From: Candidatus Zixiibacteriota bacterium
Lineage (GTDB): Bacteria; RBG-13-66-14; B26-G2; WVWN01
Direction: 5' to 3'
Assembly: GCA_050117845.1 (NCBI GenBank)
Contig: JASFLY010000002.1
Coordinates: 96,001-160,000, forward strand
DNA length: 64,000 nt
The notes below the pieces were generated by a model. It ran no database searches and was not told the DNA's origin. It saw only the letters and a program-made list of their open reading frames with translations. A program made the position numbers and the translations under genes. Positions 52,979 through 62,790 of this stretch are shown piece after piece; position 1 is the first letter of the stretch, and the number at the start of each line of letters is the position of its first letter.

Positions 52979-55024
52979 ATGGCGAAAGAACTCTCCATCC
53001 GGCTAGCAGAGAAGACGCCCGACGGCGTCCACATCTTCCGCGTTTCCGGGGCCCTCGGCGTCGAGGGATCCGCCGGCATCCAGGGCCTCTTGGACGCCTG
53101 CATGAAGGAGGGCGTAAACAAGATAGTCCTCGACCTCCACGAGGTCGGTTTCATCTCGAGCGCGGGGATGGGGGCGTTCCTGTCGGCCGTGGGGGAACTG
53201 CGCAAGAAGACCGGCGACATCATCTTCGCGCGGATGCAGGACAAGATACTTTCGGTATTCAAGAACCTAGACGTGCTCGACTACTTCATCGTGGCCGACG
53301 ACGTGGAACAGGCCGTCGAGCGCTTCCGCGGCGGCCAGCTGCCCCAGCCGCCCAGCATCGAGGAATTGACCGCCGGCTCCGGCCACGCGGGCCGGGAGGA
53401 GGTAGGGGCGTCGGCCGCTCTCTTCTCGCTCCTGGCCGCTTACGCCGACATCCTCGGTACGGACGCCGACGCCAGCGTTCAGCTGTCCCAGATAGTCGAC
53501 GTAACCGCCAATTACCTCGCCATAGAGCAATGCGCCTTCGTCCCGCTCACCGAGGCGCTGGGCCTCGCGACCGCCGCGGCGCGCGGCGCCCCCCCGGCCC
53601 CCACCGCCGAAGTGAAATCCGTCCTCGCCGGTTCGCTCGCCGGCAAGGAGATAGTCGCCGTCGACCAGCTACCGACCATAAACAAGGAACTCGCCGCCTG
53701 GGCCGCCGAAAGCCGCGCGCATTTCATAATGCCCCTGGCCGTCGGCGGGAAACCCGTCGCCCTTCTGGCCGTGGGCGACAAGAAGGACGGGAAATCAATC
53801 TCGACCGAGGAGAAGCGCATCCTCCGTTACCTGCGCACGTCCCTCAACCTGGCGCTCGAAGGCCGGATGCTGGCGCGCCAGCTGGCCGGCGAATCCCCCG
53901 GCGATAAAAAAGTAATCAGCCGCCGGACGATGGAAATGGAAACCCTTTTCTCGGTCTCCCAATCCCTGGCGGGGGCCATGGAAACCGAGAAAATGCTGCC
54001 GACCTTCCTCATGATGATAACCGGCCAGTACGGGACCGACCGGGCGGCCGTTCTCCTTCCCGGGGCCGGCGGCGAATTCGTGGTCCGCTCTTCCCGCGGC
54101 GTCGACGAATCCGCCCTTTCGGAAATGGTCCTCCCGAAGAAAGGCCTCGCCGAAATCGTCGGCGCCCAAATCGGCCCCGCGGTCCTCGCCGTCATTTCGC
54201 TTACGCTTGACGAGGAGTACCGGCCGCAGATAAAACCCTTCGTCAACCAGGGCCTCGCCGTCCTGGCGCCGATGCGCTACAAAAACCGGCTCATCGGCAT
54301 CGTGGCGCTGGGGGCGAAGATCTCGGGCCGCGACTTCGACCCGGACGAACTCCGCCTCCTCGACGCCCTGGTCAACCTGGCCGCCGTAAGCATCGAGACC
54401 GCGCTTCTGCTCGAGAAGACCAAGAAGAACTACGGCGGCCTCGTGCGCGCGCTAATCTCGGCCATCGAGGCCAAGGACAAATTCACGCGCGGCCACACCG
54501 AACGCGTCACGCTGTACGCCGCCGCCCTCGCCGACGAGATTGGCCTGCCCGAGGAGGAGCGCCAGAACCTCCTCTTCGGCGCGGTCCTCCACGACGTCGG
54601 GTACCTCGGCGTGCCGGAGGAGATCCTCCGCATGCCGGACGGCATCACGGAACAGCAGCTGGAAGAGCTGCGCCAGCACCCCCTCATCGGCTGCAACATC
54701 CTCAAGGACATCCCGCTCCTAAGCAAGGCGCTGGACGCCGTCCGGTCCCACCACGAGAGTTACGACGGCTCGGGGTACCCCGACGGCCTGGCCGGCGAGG
54801 ACATCCCCATCATCGCCCGCATCGTCGCCGTCGCCGACACCTTCGACGCCATAACCACCGACCGCCGCTACCGCAAAGCGAAGTCCAAAGAGGAAGCCCT
54901 GGAAGAAATAAAAAAGAACCGCGGCACGCAATTCGACCCGGCCATCGCCGACCGCTTCGTGGAACTCGTCGAGTCCGGCCGCCTGGACACCATCAAGAAA
55001 GGCCGTAAAAAACAAGAGGGATAG
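52979..55024 (+). CDS. STAS-GAF-GAF-HD-GYP cyclic-dinucleotide phosphodiesterase
   Basis: STAS LDLHEVGFISSAGMG; two GAF-like domains; AKDKFTRGHTERV, LHDVG, HHESYDGSGYPDGL and VADTFDA motifs. Confidence 0.92.
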   Translation: MAKELSIRLAEKTPDGVHIFRVSGALGVEGSAGIQGLLDACMKEGVNKIVLDLHEVGFISSAGMGAFLSAVGELRKKTGDIIFARMQDKILSVFKNLDVLDYFIVADDVEQAVERFRGGQLPQPPSIEELTAGSGHAGREEVGASAALFSLLAAYADILGTDADASVQLSQIVDVTANYLAIEQCAFVPLTEALGLATAAARGAPPAPTAEVKSVLAGSLAGKEIVAVDQLPTINKELAAWAAESRAHFIMPLAVGGKPVALLAVGDKKDGKSISTEEKRILRYLRTSLNLALEGRMLARQLAGESPGDKKVISRRTMEMETLFSVSQSLAGAMETEKMLPTFLMMITGQYGTDRAAVLLPGAGGEFVVRSSRGVDESALSEMVLPKKGLAEIVGAQIGPAVLAVISLTLDEEYRPQIKPFVNQGLAVLAPMRYKNRLIGIVALGAKISGRDFDPDELRLLDALVNLAAVSIETALLLEKTKKNYGGLVRALISAIEAKDKFTRGHTERVTLYAAALADEIGLPEEERQNLLFGAVLHDVGYLGVPEEILRMPDGITEQQLEELRQHPLIGCNILKDIPLLSKALDAVRSHHESYDGSGYPDGLAGEDIPIIARIVAVADTFDAITTDRRYRKAKSKEEALEEIKKNRGTQFDPAIADRFVELVESGRLDTIKKGRKKQEG

Positions 55025-55026
55025 AT

Positions 55027-55668
55027 ATGCCGAAAAAAATCGCCGCCGCCATCTTCGTGATGGCCGTCCTCGTTCTTATAACCTTCGCCCTTCCCGGCCA
55101 ACCGGCCGCGGGCGGCGACAAGGAGAAAATCGAAGGCTACCTGGAACGCGGCAACGAACTCGCCGCCGAGGGCGACTACGACGGCGCCATGGCCGAATAC
55201 AATAAGGTCATAAAAATAGACGAGAATAACGCGCTGGCCCACAATAACTTGGGCATCATTTACAAGCGCAAGGGCCTCTACATCTCCGCGGTCGAGGAGT
55301 TCAAGGCCGCGCTGGAGGGCCTGCCCAATTATTTCAAAGCCTACAACAACCTCGCCAACGTTTACTTCGAACGCGAGTATTACGACGAGGCGGCGAAGTA
55401 CTACAATAAGTGCCTCGCCATAAAGCCCAACTTCGCCGACGCCCACTGGAACCTCGCGCTCACCTACGAAAAACAGGGAGAGAAGTCCCGGGCCGTACGG
55501 CATTTTAAAAAGTTTATCGAGCTCTCGGACGCGTCAACGTACGTCGCGCTCGCCCAACAGCACATCGACGAACTTTCCGCTAAGCCCGACGAAACCGAAA
55601 CCCCGGCCGGCATGACGACGTACGGAGAAGACGCCCTTGAACCCGTCGAAGAAACTCCCTCATATTAA
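55027..55668 (+). CDS. Exported/membrane-anchored TPR protein
   Basis: N-terminal hydrophobic helix; AHNNLG, AYNNLA and AHWNLA TPRs. Confidence 0.88.
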   Translation: MPKKIAAAIFVMAVLVLITFALPGQPAAGGDKEKIEGYLERGNELAAEGDYDGAMAEYNKVIKIDENNALAHNNLGIIYKRKGLYISAVEEFKAALEGLPNYFKAYNNLANVYFEREYYDEAAKYYNKCLAIKPNFADAHWNLALTYEKQGEKSRAVRHFKKFIELSDASTYVALAQQHIDELSAKPDETETPAGMTTYGEDALEPVEETPSY

Positions 55669-56785
55669 AGCCTCGGCCGCCCGGCGCTTCGCGGCGACGT
55701 TGATTCTGGCCCTGGCCTTCGGGGCCGGCGGCGCGGCCTCGGCCGACGCCCCCGTCGACTCCTTCGCGGGCCCGGAGGACTTCGCGCCCGCTCCGGCCGA
55801 GCTGGAATTCCTGACCCTCGACAGCTTCGCGGCCGGCTCCGAATACCTCCCCTTCCCCCTGGCGGAAGTCCCCTTCGATTCCTGGGCAATGCCCGGCGAC
55901 CGTTCGCAGTTCCTTCCCCTCCCGCCGAAGGACGAGGCCGGGACCTTCGACGCGTTGGCGGTCCGCGGCGACGAGCTGGAACGCTACGAGCGGGCCAGCA
56001 CCTTCGCCGGCGGTTACGGCTCCGGCGAGAAGCGCTGCGTAATACTTATGTACCACCGCTTCCGGGCCGTCCCCGCCAATAAATACGAAGTGTCCCACTA
56101 CGACTTCCGGCAACAGATGGACTACATCGAACGGAACGGCTACGAGGTAATATCCATCGACCAACTGGTCGAGGCCCTCCAGACAAACGAACCCGACCTC
56201 CTGCCGCCCCGCTCCGTCGTCATAACCGTGGACGACGGCTACCGCTGCGTCTACGATTACGCCTGGCCCGTCCTCGCGGAGTACGGCTTCCCCTTCTCGA
56301 TTTACATTTACACCCGCTACGTCGAATGCGGCGGGAACTCCATGACATGGAACGAAGTCCGCGACATCTCCGCCGACGACCTCGTGACCATAGGCGCCCA
56401 CTCCATAAGCCACCCCAACCTCGCCAACCCGCGCAAGGCCGTGGGCCGCTACGAGTCCTGGGTCTCCCGGGAGATTAACTACCCCAAACAACGGCTGGAG
56501 GCCGAACTCGGCAAGCCGGTGCGGACCTTCTGCTGGCCCTACGGTTCCTACAACTCGTACTGCGTGAGCGTGGCCATCAACGCCGGCTACGAGGGCCTGT
56601 TGACCGTCAACGCCGGCGCCAACTCCATGGACTCCTCGCCCTACCACCTCCGCCGCTACGGCGTCTACTGGCACACGCCGCTCTCGCTCTTCGCCCGGAT
56701 GCTGGAGGGGAAATCGGTGACCGACGACATGTGGGACTACGAACTCGCCACCACCGACAAGGAGACCGAGTTCCTGATCCCCTGA
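55637..56785 (+). CDS. Polysaccharide deacetylase (CE4/NodB, IcaB-like), exported
   Basis: ILMYH, VITVDDGY, GAHSISHPNL and FCWPYG motifs. Confidence 0.9.
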   Translation: MNPSKKLPHIKASAARRFAATLILALAFGAGGAASADAPVDSFAGPEDFAPAPAELEFLTLDSFAAGSEYLPFPLAEVPFDSWAMPGDRSQFLPLPPKDEAGTFDALAVRGDELERYERASTFAGGYGSGEKRCVILMYHRFRAVPANKYEVSHYDFRQQMDYIERNGYEVISIDQLVEALQTNEPDLLPPRSVVITVDDGYRCVYDYAWPVLAEYGFPFSIYIYTRYVECGGNSMTWNEVRDISADDLVTIGAHSISHPNLANPRKAVGRYESWVSREINYPKQRLEAELGKPVRTFCWPYGSYNSYCVSVAINAGYEGLLTVNAGANSMDSSPYHLRRYGVYWHTPLSLFARMLEGKSVTDDMWDYELATTDKETEFLIP

Positions 56786-56818
56786 TACTCCTAAGCCGTA
56801 TTTACGTAAAATAATAAC

Positions 56819-56846
56819 GGGAGCCCGAGGGCTCCCTGTTTGTTTT
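56819..56846. terminator. Intrinsic terminator between convergent operons
   Basis: GGGAGCC-CGAG-GGCTCCC followed by TGTTTGTTTT. Confidence 0.7.
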
Positions 56847-56876
56847 GGTTAATGTGAACCTTCCCTGCCGGACGGC

Positions 56877-57782
56877 TTACCTCCCAATCAAATCCTCGTA
56901 CGCCGCCGCCAGCGCCCGGGCCGCCGCCGCCGCCGAGTAATTCTCGCGCACGTAGCGGGCCCCGTCGTCGTTGCGGGGGCATTCCGCGGCGAGCCGCCCG
57001 ACGGCCGCCGCGAACTCCGCGGGCGCACCGGCGAGTACGCAATGCGGGAAGTCCCGCGTCCAGACCACCTGCCTCCCCCGCAGCAGCGCCTCCAACACCA
57101 TCTGAGACAGGCCGTCGTGGGCCGTGGGCCGGATGAGAACCGACGCCTCCCGGTACAATCGGTCCATCTCCTCGCCGTCCACCAGGCCGGTGAAGCGGAC
57201 GTTCGGCGGGGCCCCGGCCTCCGCCTGCCCTCCCACGGCGATGAATTCCACGGCCGGGAACTCGCCGGCGACGTGCCTGACCGTGGGCCAGCCGTAGAAG
57301 TCTCGCCGGCGGTCCGGGACGTACGCCATGACGCGGAAACTCTCCGGCATGGCCTCCAGCTCGCCGTGCATCTTCTCCGATATGGTGGGGACGAGGTAGG
57401 CCTTCACGCCCGCCGCGGCGAGTTCGTCGACGAGCCAGGGGGCGTCCGCGATGTGCAGGTCCACGCCGCCGCGGCCCGCCCGGAAGAGCGCCCGGCGCGT
57501 AAGGTTGCCGCCCAGTTCGTACCAGTCCGAACCTATCCAGTGGAAGACGACCGCCTTGCCCATGGCCTTGAGCGCCGGGACCCACTTTAAATAGTATACC
57601 GGGTAGACGGCGTGGAAGACGTCGAACGGCTTCACCGCCCGCAGGAGGCCGAAGCCCCGCACGCCCTCCAGCGCCCGGGCGCCGGCGTACCCCGCCTGCC
57701 GCAGGCGGAGCGCCGTCAGCGCCGGCAACTCCTCCATGCCGACGAGAGCTATCTTGAGTTCGGCCGCTTCTTTCATAATCAT
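56877..57782 (-). CDS. GT-B (GT4-like) glycosyltransferase
   Basis: VFHWIGSD, NVRFTGLV and LIRPTAHDGLSQMVLEAL motifs. Confidence 0.82.
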   Translation of the reverse strand: MIMKEAAELKIALVGMEELPALTALRLRQAGYAGARALEGVRGFGLLRAVKPFDVFHAVYPVYYLKWVPALKAMGKAVVFHWIGSDWYELGGNLTRRALFRAGRGGVDLHIADAPWLVDELAAAGVKAYLVPTISEKMHGELEAMPESFRVMAYVPDRRRDFYGWPTVRHVAGEFPAVEFIAVGGQAEAGAPPNVRFTGLVDGEEMDRLYREASVLIRPTAHDGLSQMVLEALLRGRQVVWTRDFPHCVLAGAPAEFAAAVGRLAAECPRNDDGARYVRENYSAAAAARALAAAYEDLIGR

Positions 57783-58708
57783 TCGGGTTTGGGGATAAGG
57801 CCGTCCCCGGAGGCCGCGTCGGCCCGCCTACCGCCGCCCGTCCGCACAAGGTCCCACAGGCCGAGCAAGTTCCCCAAAAACAAGCGCGGCTTCAAGCGCA
57901 AGGCCGCCACCGTCGCGGCGCCGAGGACGCTGTAATAATATGAGGCCACGTTGAGGACGTTCTGCGGAAGGTGCCGCCGGTGAAGGAGGCGCTGCTCGAG
58001 AACGCGCCGGCGGGTTTTGTTCATCGGGGCAGGCCGCGCCCCCGCGGCGACGCGGTGCTCCAGCCGCGCCTCCGGCACCTGGACCAGCCGCCACTCCCGG
58101 GCCACGGTTAGCGAAATGTCGTCGTCGTCGAAGTAGTTAATCCGCCCGTCGAAGCGGCCTACGGCCTCGCGCCGAAACGCCATGTTACAGCCGGTCAGTA
58201 TCTTTACGTCCGTGCGCTCCGTCGGCTGGAACAGGAAGGTGGGGAGGCCGGAGCGCTGGAGGAAAGAACGCCGCGCGTACCGCACCTGCAAAAAGAGCCG
58301 CTGGCCGAAACGTACCCACGCCGGCGGCAGCAATTGATTGGTAATTACGCCCGTCGCGCCGCCTATCTCGGGGTCGTCGAAGGCCGACAGAAGGACCGCC
58401 AGAAAACCGTCCTCGAGCGCAACGTCGTCGTCGAGGAAGAGGACGACGTCGCCGGTGGCGGCGTCGATGCCGGCGTTGCGCTGGCCCGGCAGGCCCGGCG
58501 TCGCGCGCCGGTAGACGAAGGCCACGCCGGTAGCCGAGGCGGACAGCCGCGCCACCTCGGCCTCGGTCCGGCCGTCGGCGCTGGCGTCTACGACGACGAA
58601 CTCGTCCGGCCGCCGCGTCCCGGCCAATACCGACGCCGCCGTCGCGGCGAACTCGTCGGGCCGCGACATCGTGACGACGATTACCGATACGCGCCCGGCG
58701 CCGGTCAT
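57779..58708 (-). CDS. GT2-family glycosyltransferase
   Basis: SVIVVT, VVVDAS, QRNAG, VLFLDDD and GCNMAFRR motifs. ATG 58708 overlaps the upstream stop. Confidence 0.9.
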   Translation of the reverse strand: MTGAGRVSVIVVTMSRPDEFAATAASVLAGTRRPDEFVVVDASADGRTEAEVARLSASATGVAFVYRRATPGLPGQRNAGIDAATGDVVLFLDDDVALEDGFLAVLLSAFDDPEIGGATGVITNQLLPPAWVRFGQRLFLQVRYARRSFLQRSGLPTFLFQPTERTDVKILTGCNMAFRREAVGRFDGRINYFDDDDISLTVAREWRLVQVPEARLEHRVAAGARPAPMNKTRRRVLEQRLLHRRHLPQNVLNVASYYYSVLGAATVAALRLKPRLFLGNLLGLWDLVRTGGGRRADAASGDGLIPKPE

Positions 58709-60051
58709 CCCAGTATCGCCTCCGCCATCCTGCGAACGTCCTCGGCGTCGATGTCCCCGTGGAGTGGCAGGTTGAGGACCGCCGCCGCGGCGCGCCACGC
58801 CCCCCGCAGGTAGCGGCCCGTGTGCCGGGATAATTTATAATAGGGGAACTGGCCCGACAACGGCCGGGGGTAGATGAAGGGGCCGGCCTCGTACCCTGCC
58901 GCGGCCAGGCGCCGAATGATATCCGGCCGGCGCTCCCAGTCCCGAATGAACGCGGGATAGCGGATGGGCCACGGCTCGTCCCCGGCCTCGCCCCAGACGG
59001 GGGCCCGCACGCCTTCCTCCTCCGCGAACAGATCGTCGAACGCCCGGGCGAGGCCCCGTCGCCGTTCGCCCTCGGCCGCCATCGCCTCCAGGTGACTCGC
59101 GCCGAGCGCGGCCAGCGCGGGCGCGAGACGGCCGCCGCCGGCCGCCGCCGGGACCGCGGAACTCGGGAAGAACCAGCGCACGAGGCGCCGAATGAAGGGG
59201 GGCTTGCGGTCCGGCATGAGCCGGGGCAGGGCGGCACGGGCGTGGCCGGCCGCTACGGCCGCGCCGTCCTCCACCAGCGTCCGGAGGTCGTACGCGTCCC
59301 CCTCCGCCGCGGCGTACAGATATCCGAGTTCAATGGACGTGAAGGGTTCGTAGAAGTCGCTCCGGAAGAGGTGGTCGGAGATGACCAGGCCCTTCAAGAC
59401 CCGTTCGGCCTCGGCCGCCGTCTGCCCCTTCATTCGGCCGGCCAGCCTCTCGGCCTCGTCGGCCAGCGCGGGGTCGTTGACCACCAAAGCGCCGCCCCGG
59501 CCCGTCGTGTACGGCTTGTCGAAGTTGGTCGAGATGACCGCCAGCGGCGCCGCCGCCCCGACGGGCCGGCCTCCCTGCCGGCCGCCGAACGACTGGGCCA
59601 CGTCGGCGATCCACGGGACCTCGTGCTCAGCCAAAAGCCGCTCGACGTCGCCGGAGGGGGGCACCCCGCCGAAGAGCGGCGCCACGACCGCCGCCCGCGT
59701 CCGACCCCGGGCGAGGACCCGGCCGAGGCTCCGGGCCTCCAGGCCGAAGTGCCGCGGGGAAACGTCTACCAGATGGGGAATGCCGCCGAAGGAGAGAACC
59801 GCGTCGGCCACCGCGGGACAGGTGAACGCCGGAATAGCGACGTCGTCGCCGCGGCCCAGGCCCAGGACCCGCAGGCCCAGCGCCAGCGCCGCCCGGCCGG
59901 AGGAGAGCGCGAAGACCCGCGCCGCGCCGTAGTACCCCCGCAGGGCCTCTTCGTACTCCCCGGCCCGCCGCGCCAGCGTCGCCTCGTCCGCGGCGAGGAT
60001 CTGTCGCAGGGCCGCGTAGTCGACCAAAGGCTTGAGTCTCGGCGTGACCAG
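58705..60051 (-). CDS. DegT/DnrJ/EryC1/StrS-family PLP aminotransferase (probable CTG start at 60051)
   Basis: SSGRAALAL, IPAFTCPAV, IADVAQSFG, STNFDKP...GG and VLNLPLH motifs. Confidence 0.85.
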   Translation of the reverse strand: MVTPRLKPLVDYAALRQILAADEATLARRAGEYEEALRGYYGAARVFALSSGRAALALGLRVLGLGRGDDVAIPAFTCPAVADAVLSFGGIPHLVDVSPRHFGLEARSLGRVLARGRTRAAVVAPLFGGVPPSGDVERLLAEHEVPWIADVAQSFGGRQGGRPVGAAAPLAVISTNFDKPYTTGRGGALVVNDPALADEAERLAGRMKGQTAAEAERVLKGLVISDHLFRSDFYEPFTSIELGYLYAAAEGDAYDLRTLVEDGAAVAAGHARAALPRLMPDRKPPFIRRLVRWFFPSSAVPAAAGGGRLAPALAALGASHLEAMAAEGERRRGLARAFDDLFAEEEGVRAPVWGEAGDEPWPIRYPAFIRDWERRPDIIRRLAAAGYEAGPFIYPRPLSGQFPYYKLSRHTGRYLRGAWRAAAAVLNLPLHGDIDAEDVRRMAEAILG

Positions 60052-60055
60052 CGTC

Positions 60056-61672
60056 CTACTCCTCCCGGATTAATTGGATTTTAACGGAAGTCGCGCCCGG
60101 GGGGAGGCGGAACGTCCCGTCCCCGGCGGCCCGCACGTCCCCGGCCGCGAGGCGCCAGCCGGCCGGCAGCTCGAAGACGACGTCGTCCGGCGTGGCCGGG
60201 GGCAGCGTTATGTCGCAGGTCCCCGTCGCCGCCGAGACGCGGCATACGATAGCGCGGTTGAGGCGATAGCGTTCGGCGATGGCCCGGTGGGTCATCGGTA
60301 CGGCGCCGGCCTCCAGCATGTAGGACACGGCCCGGCCGTAGACGTCGCCCCAGGCCGGGAAGGCCCCGCCCCGGAACGCCCGGTAATGCCACAACAGCGA
60401 ACACGCACCCCCGCGCCGGGCGGCCTCGTCGACGACGCCCAGCGTCGCCGCCAGCGCATCCTCGGCCCCGAGACACTTATACTGAAAGAGCGTCCCGTCC
60501 ATCACCGCCGGCGAGATCTCGACGAAGTCGTACGCCCCCTCCGCCACGCCGTCGTAAGGCCGGTACGGCAGGGCCGCGCCGCCCCGCCACCCGAGGCCGC
60601 TCGCGAAGCCGAACGACGCGTCGTACGAGAAGCCCGCCGCCGCCACCGCCGCCCAGCCGGCCGGCCCGCCCAGGCGGAGGTAGTGCCCCCGCACGCCGCC
60701 GACCTCCCCGCCGAGCGCTTCGGCCAGGAGTTCGCGTTCCCGGGAAAGCATCTCCGCGCTCTCGCAGGTGTAGTAGCTGGAGTGCAGGCCCACCTCCCGG
60801 CCGGCCGCCGCCGCCTCACGGACGAGCGGCGCGACCTCGGCCAATTCGTAGGCGTAATCCATCGGCCCCCGGGGGAGCGCGCCGAAGAAGAAGGTCGACG
60901 CGCCGGCCGCGTCGCGCTCGGCCTCGAACAGCGCCGCCAGCGGCTCGTACGCGAAGGAGCCCCGTATGATGTCGCCGAGCCGGTACTGCGCCCGGGCCAT
61001 ACCCGGCGTCCGCCGCAGGGACGCCCGCAACATCTCCCGGCGCCCCGGCCCCCGCAGGCGGTCGACGTCGTGGCTCAACGCCGCGGCGAAGGGGGCGCCT
61101 CCCGGCCAGTAACGGAAGCGCAGCGCCGGCACGCCGGTGGCCTCGCAGGCCGCCTCCACCGCCCGGGCCAGCAGCGCGGCGTAGCCGTTTACGGCCGCCA
61201 CCGCCTTCTCCCCCCGGCGCCACGCCGGCGCGCCCGCCAGTTCCGGCCGGCCGCACTTGTCCCGGGGCCAGCCGACCTCGCCCCGTCCGTTCATATAATA
61301 GTCCGCGGCCGCGGCCACGTCGAAGCCGACGTGCACCCGGCCGCCGATGAGTACCAACAAGGGCTCCCCGGAAGCCGTTCGGGCCAGGACCTCGCCCTCG
61401 GGGGGGGCCGCCCGATACAGTATGGGGATAGGGGCGCCGCCATCCCCGGCCCAGGTCTCCGGCTCCACGTCCCGGGCCACGTGGCCCTCCGCCACCGGGA
61501 CGACGACCTCGGCCGGCGCCGTCCCGCGGCCGAGCGCCGCGCCGTCGTACGTGACCGTTACGCCCGGCGGCCCGTCCGCCGCCGGGAAACCCGCCATGAG
61601 GGCCAGTTCCTCGAGGGCGTGGCGCGCCCGGGTCGCGCCCGGCCGGCCTTCGTCGACGTTTAGGCCGATCAC
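60056..61672 (-). CDS. Polysaccharide deacetylase-family protein (WbmS/WalW-like, with N-terminal extension)
   Basis: LSHDVD, EVGLHSSY, RGHYLR, YDASFG, VMDGTL and LLWH motifs. GTG 61672 overlaps the upstream stop. Confidence 0.82.
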   Translation of the reverse strand: MIGLNVDEGRPGATRARHALEELALMAGFPAADGPPGVTVTYDGAALGRGTAPAEVVVPVAEGHVARDVEPETWAGDGGAPIPILYRAAPPEGEVLARTASGEPLLVLIGGRVHVGFDVAAAADYYMNGRGEVGWPRDKCGRPELAGAPAWRRGEKAVAAVNGYAALLARAVEAACEATGVPALRFRYWPGGAPFAAALSHDVDRLRGPGRREMLRASLRRTPGMARAQYRLGDIIRGSFAYEPLAALFEAERDAAGASTFFFGALPRGPMDYAYELAEVAPLVREAAAAGREVGLHSSYYTCESAEMLSRERELLAEALGGEVGGVRGHYLRLGGPAGWAAVAAAGFSYDASFGFASGLGWRGGAALPYRPYDGVAEGAYDFVEISPAVMDGTLFQYKCLGAEDALAATLGVVDEAARRGGACSLLWHYRAFRGGAFPAWGDVYGRAVSYMLEAGAVPMTHRAIAERYRLNRAIVCRVSAATGTCDITLPPATPDDVVFELPAGWRLAAGDVRAAGDGTFRLPPGATSVKIQLIREE

Positions 61673-62658
61673 CCGTGCAACCTCCGCCGGGCGCCCGCCG
61701 CCAGCCGGACAAAGGGCGAGCGGTAGTACGCCAATCGGTGGTAGGGCGTAAGCTCCCCGCCGAACGACTCCTTGAAGCGGGCGATGGACTCGACGTTCAC
61801 GCCCACCATGTCGAGTGGCAGGCCCCGGGCCCATGCCGCCAGTATCTCGCGCCACAGTAGGTACGCCCCCCGCGGCCCGCGGCCCTCGTCGAAGGCAGCG
61901 GCTAGAAGGTCGTACGCCGCGCCCTCGTCCCACAGGACGAGGCGGCCCGCGACCGGGGCGCCGTCTTCCCCGGGGAGGTAGAATATGGAGGCGCCGGCGC
62001 CGCAGAACTCGGCCGCGAGCGCTTCGAGGAACGCCGCCGTCACCGGCGGCCTCATGCCCCGGCGGCCGAAGGTGGCCCCGTACATCTCGGCGAAAGGCCC
62101 CGCGTCCGCGCTCTCCTCCACCGGTGTGACGCCGCCCTGCTTAATTTTGTTTCGCAGGGAAGACGGAAGGCCGGAGAGGAAATCCTCTTCCGGGGCCGGG
62201 ACGAGTATGGAAGTATACCCGACGTCGGCCCGGAACGCCGCCCAGGTAAAGGGACGGACGTCGGCCAGCGTCGGGTGTGCCGCCATACGGCCGTAACGCC
62301 AGCGCCGCTTGAATTCGGCCGCCACCGCGGCCAGCACGTCGTGGTCGCGCGACTTCACCCGGCCCGGCCTCAAGTCCCCCGGCGGCGGGAGGCAAGGTCC
62401 CCAGTACGGCGTCAGCGGCGGGATTTCCGCCACGGCCCCGAGCACGGCGTCCCGCGTTTCCCAAATCGGAACGAGGGCCCGCGGCTCCGTGCCGGCCTCG
62501 AAGGCCAGCGCGAAGACGCGCCCCGGCAGGGTCCGGCCCAGCAGGCCGAGCCAGCGGCCGCCCGCGAACGTCGTCCCCTGCGGCGAGGACGCCAAAAAAG
62601 CGTCGTAGCGCGAGACGTCGCCGGCCGATACCTCTTTTATCTCGTAATCAGGAGACAT
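61669..62658 (-). CDS. GNAT/FemAB-like acyltransferase
   Basis: YDAFLASSPQGTTF, PPLTPYWG, SLRNKIK, LLWREI and SIARFKESFGG motifs. Confidence 0.82.
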   Translation of the reverse strand: MSPDYEIKEVSAGDVSRYDAFLASSPQGTTFAGGRWLGLLGRTLPGRVFALAFEAGTEPRALVPIWETRDAVLGAVAEIPPLTPYWGPCLPPPGDLRPGRVKSRDHDVLAAVAAEFKRRWRYGRMAAHPTLADVRPFTWAAFRADVGYTSILVPAPEEDFLSGLPSSLRNKIKQGGVTPVEESADAGPFAEMYGATFGRRGMRPPVTAAFLEALAAEFCGAGASIFYLPGEDGAPVAGRLVLWDEGAAYDLLAAAFDEGRGPRGAYLLWREILAAWARGLPLDMVGVNVESIARFKESFGGELTPYHRLAYYRSPFVRLAAGARRRLHG

Positions 62659-62739
62659 GTAATGGATGAGTAACGAGCCGGCCGATTATAATACAAAAAA
62701 TACATGCCAAAAAGCGAAATTACGCCCGCCCCCTTTCCT

Positions 62740-62768
62740 TTGCACGCCGCTCCCGCGTATGATATATT
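62740..62768 (+). promoter_or_regulatory. Putative sigma70 promoter
   Basis: TTGCAC-17 bp-TATATT with TGn. Confidence 0.5.
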
Positions 62769-62790
62769 AAACTGACGGAAAGGAAGTGTT

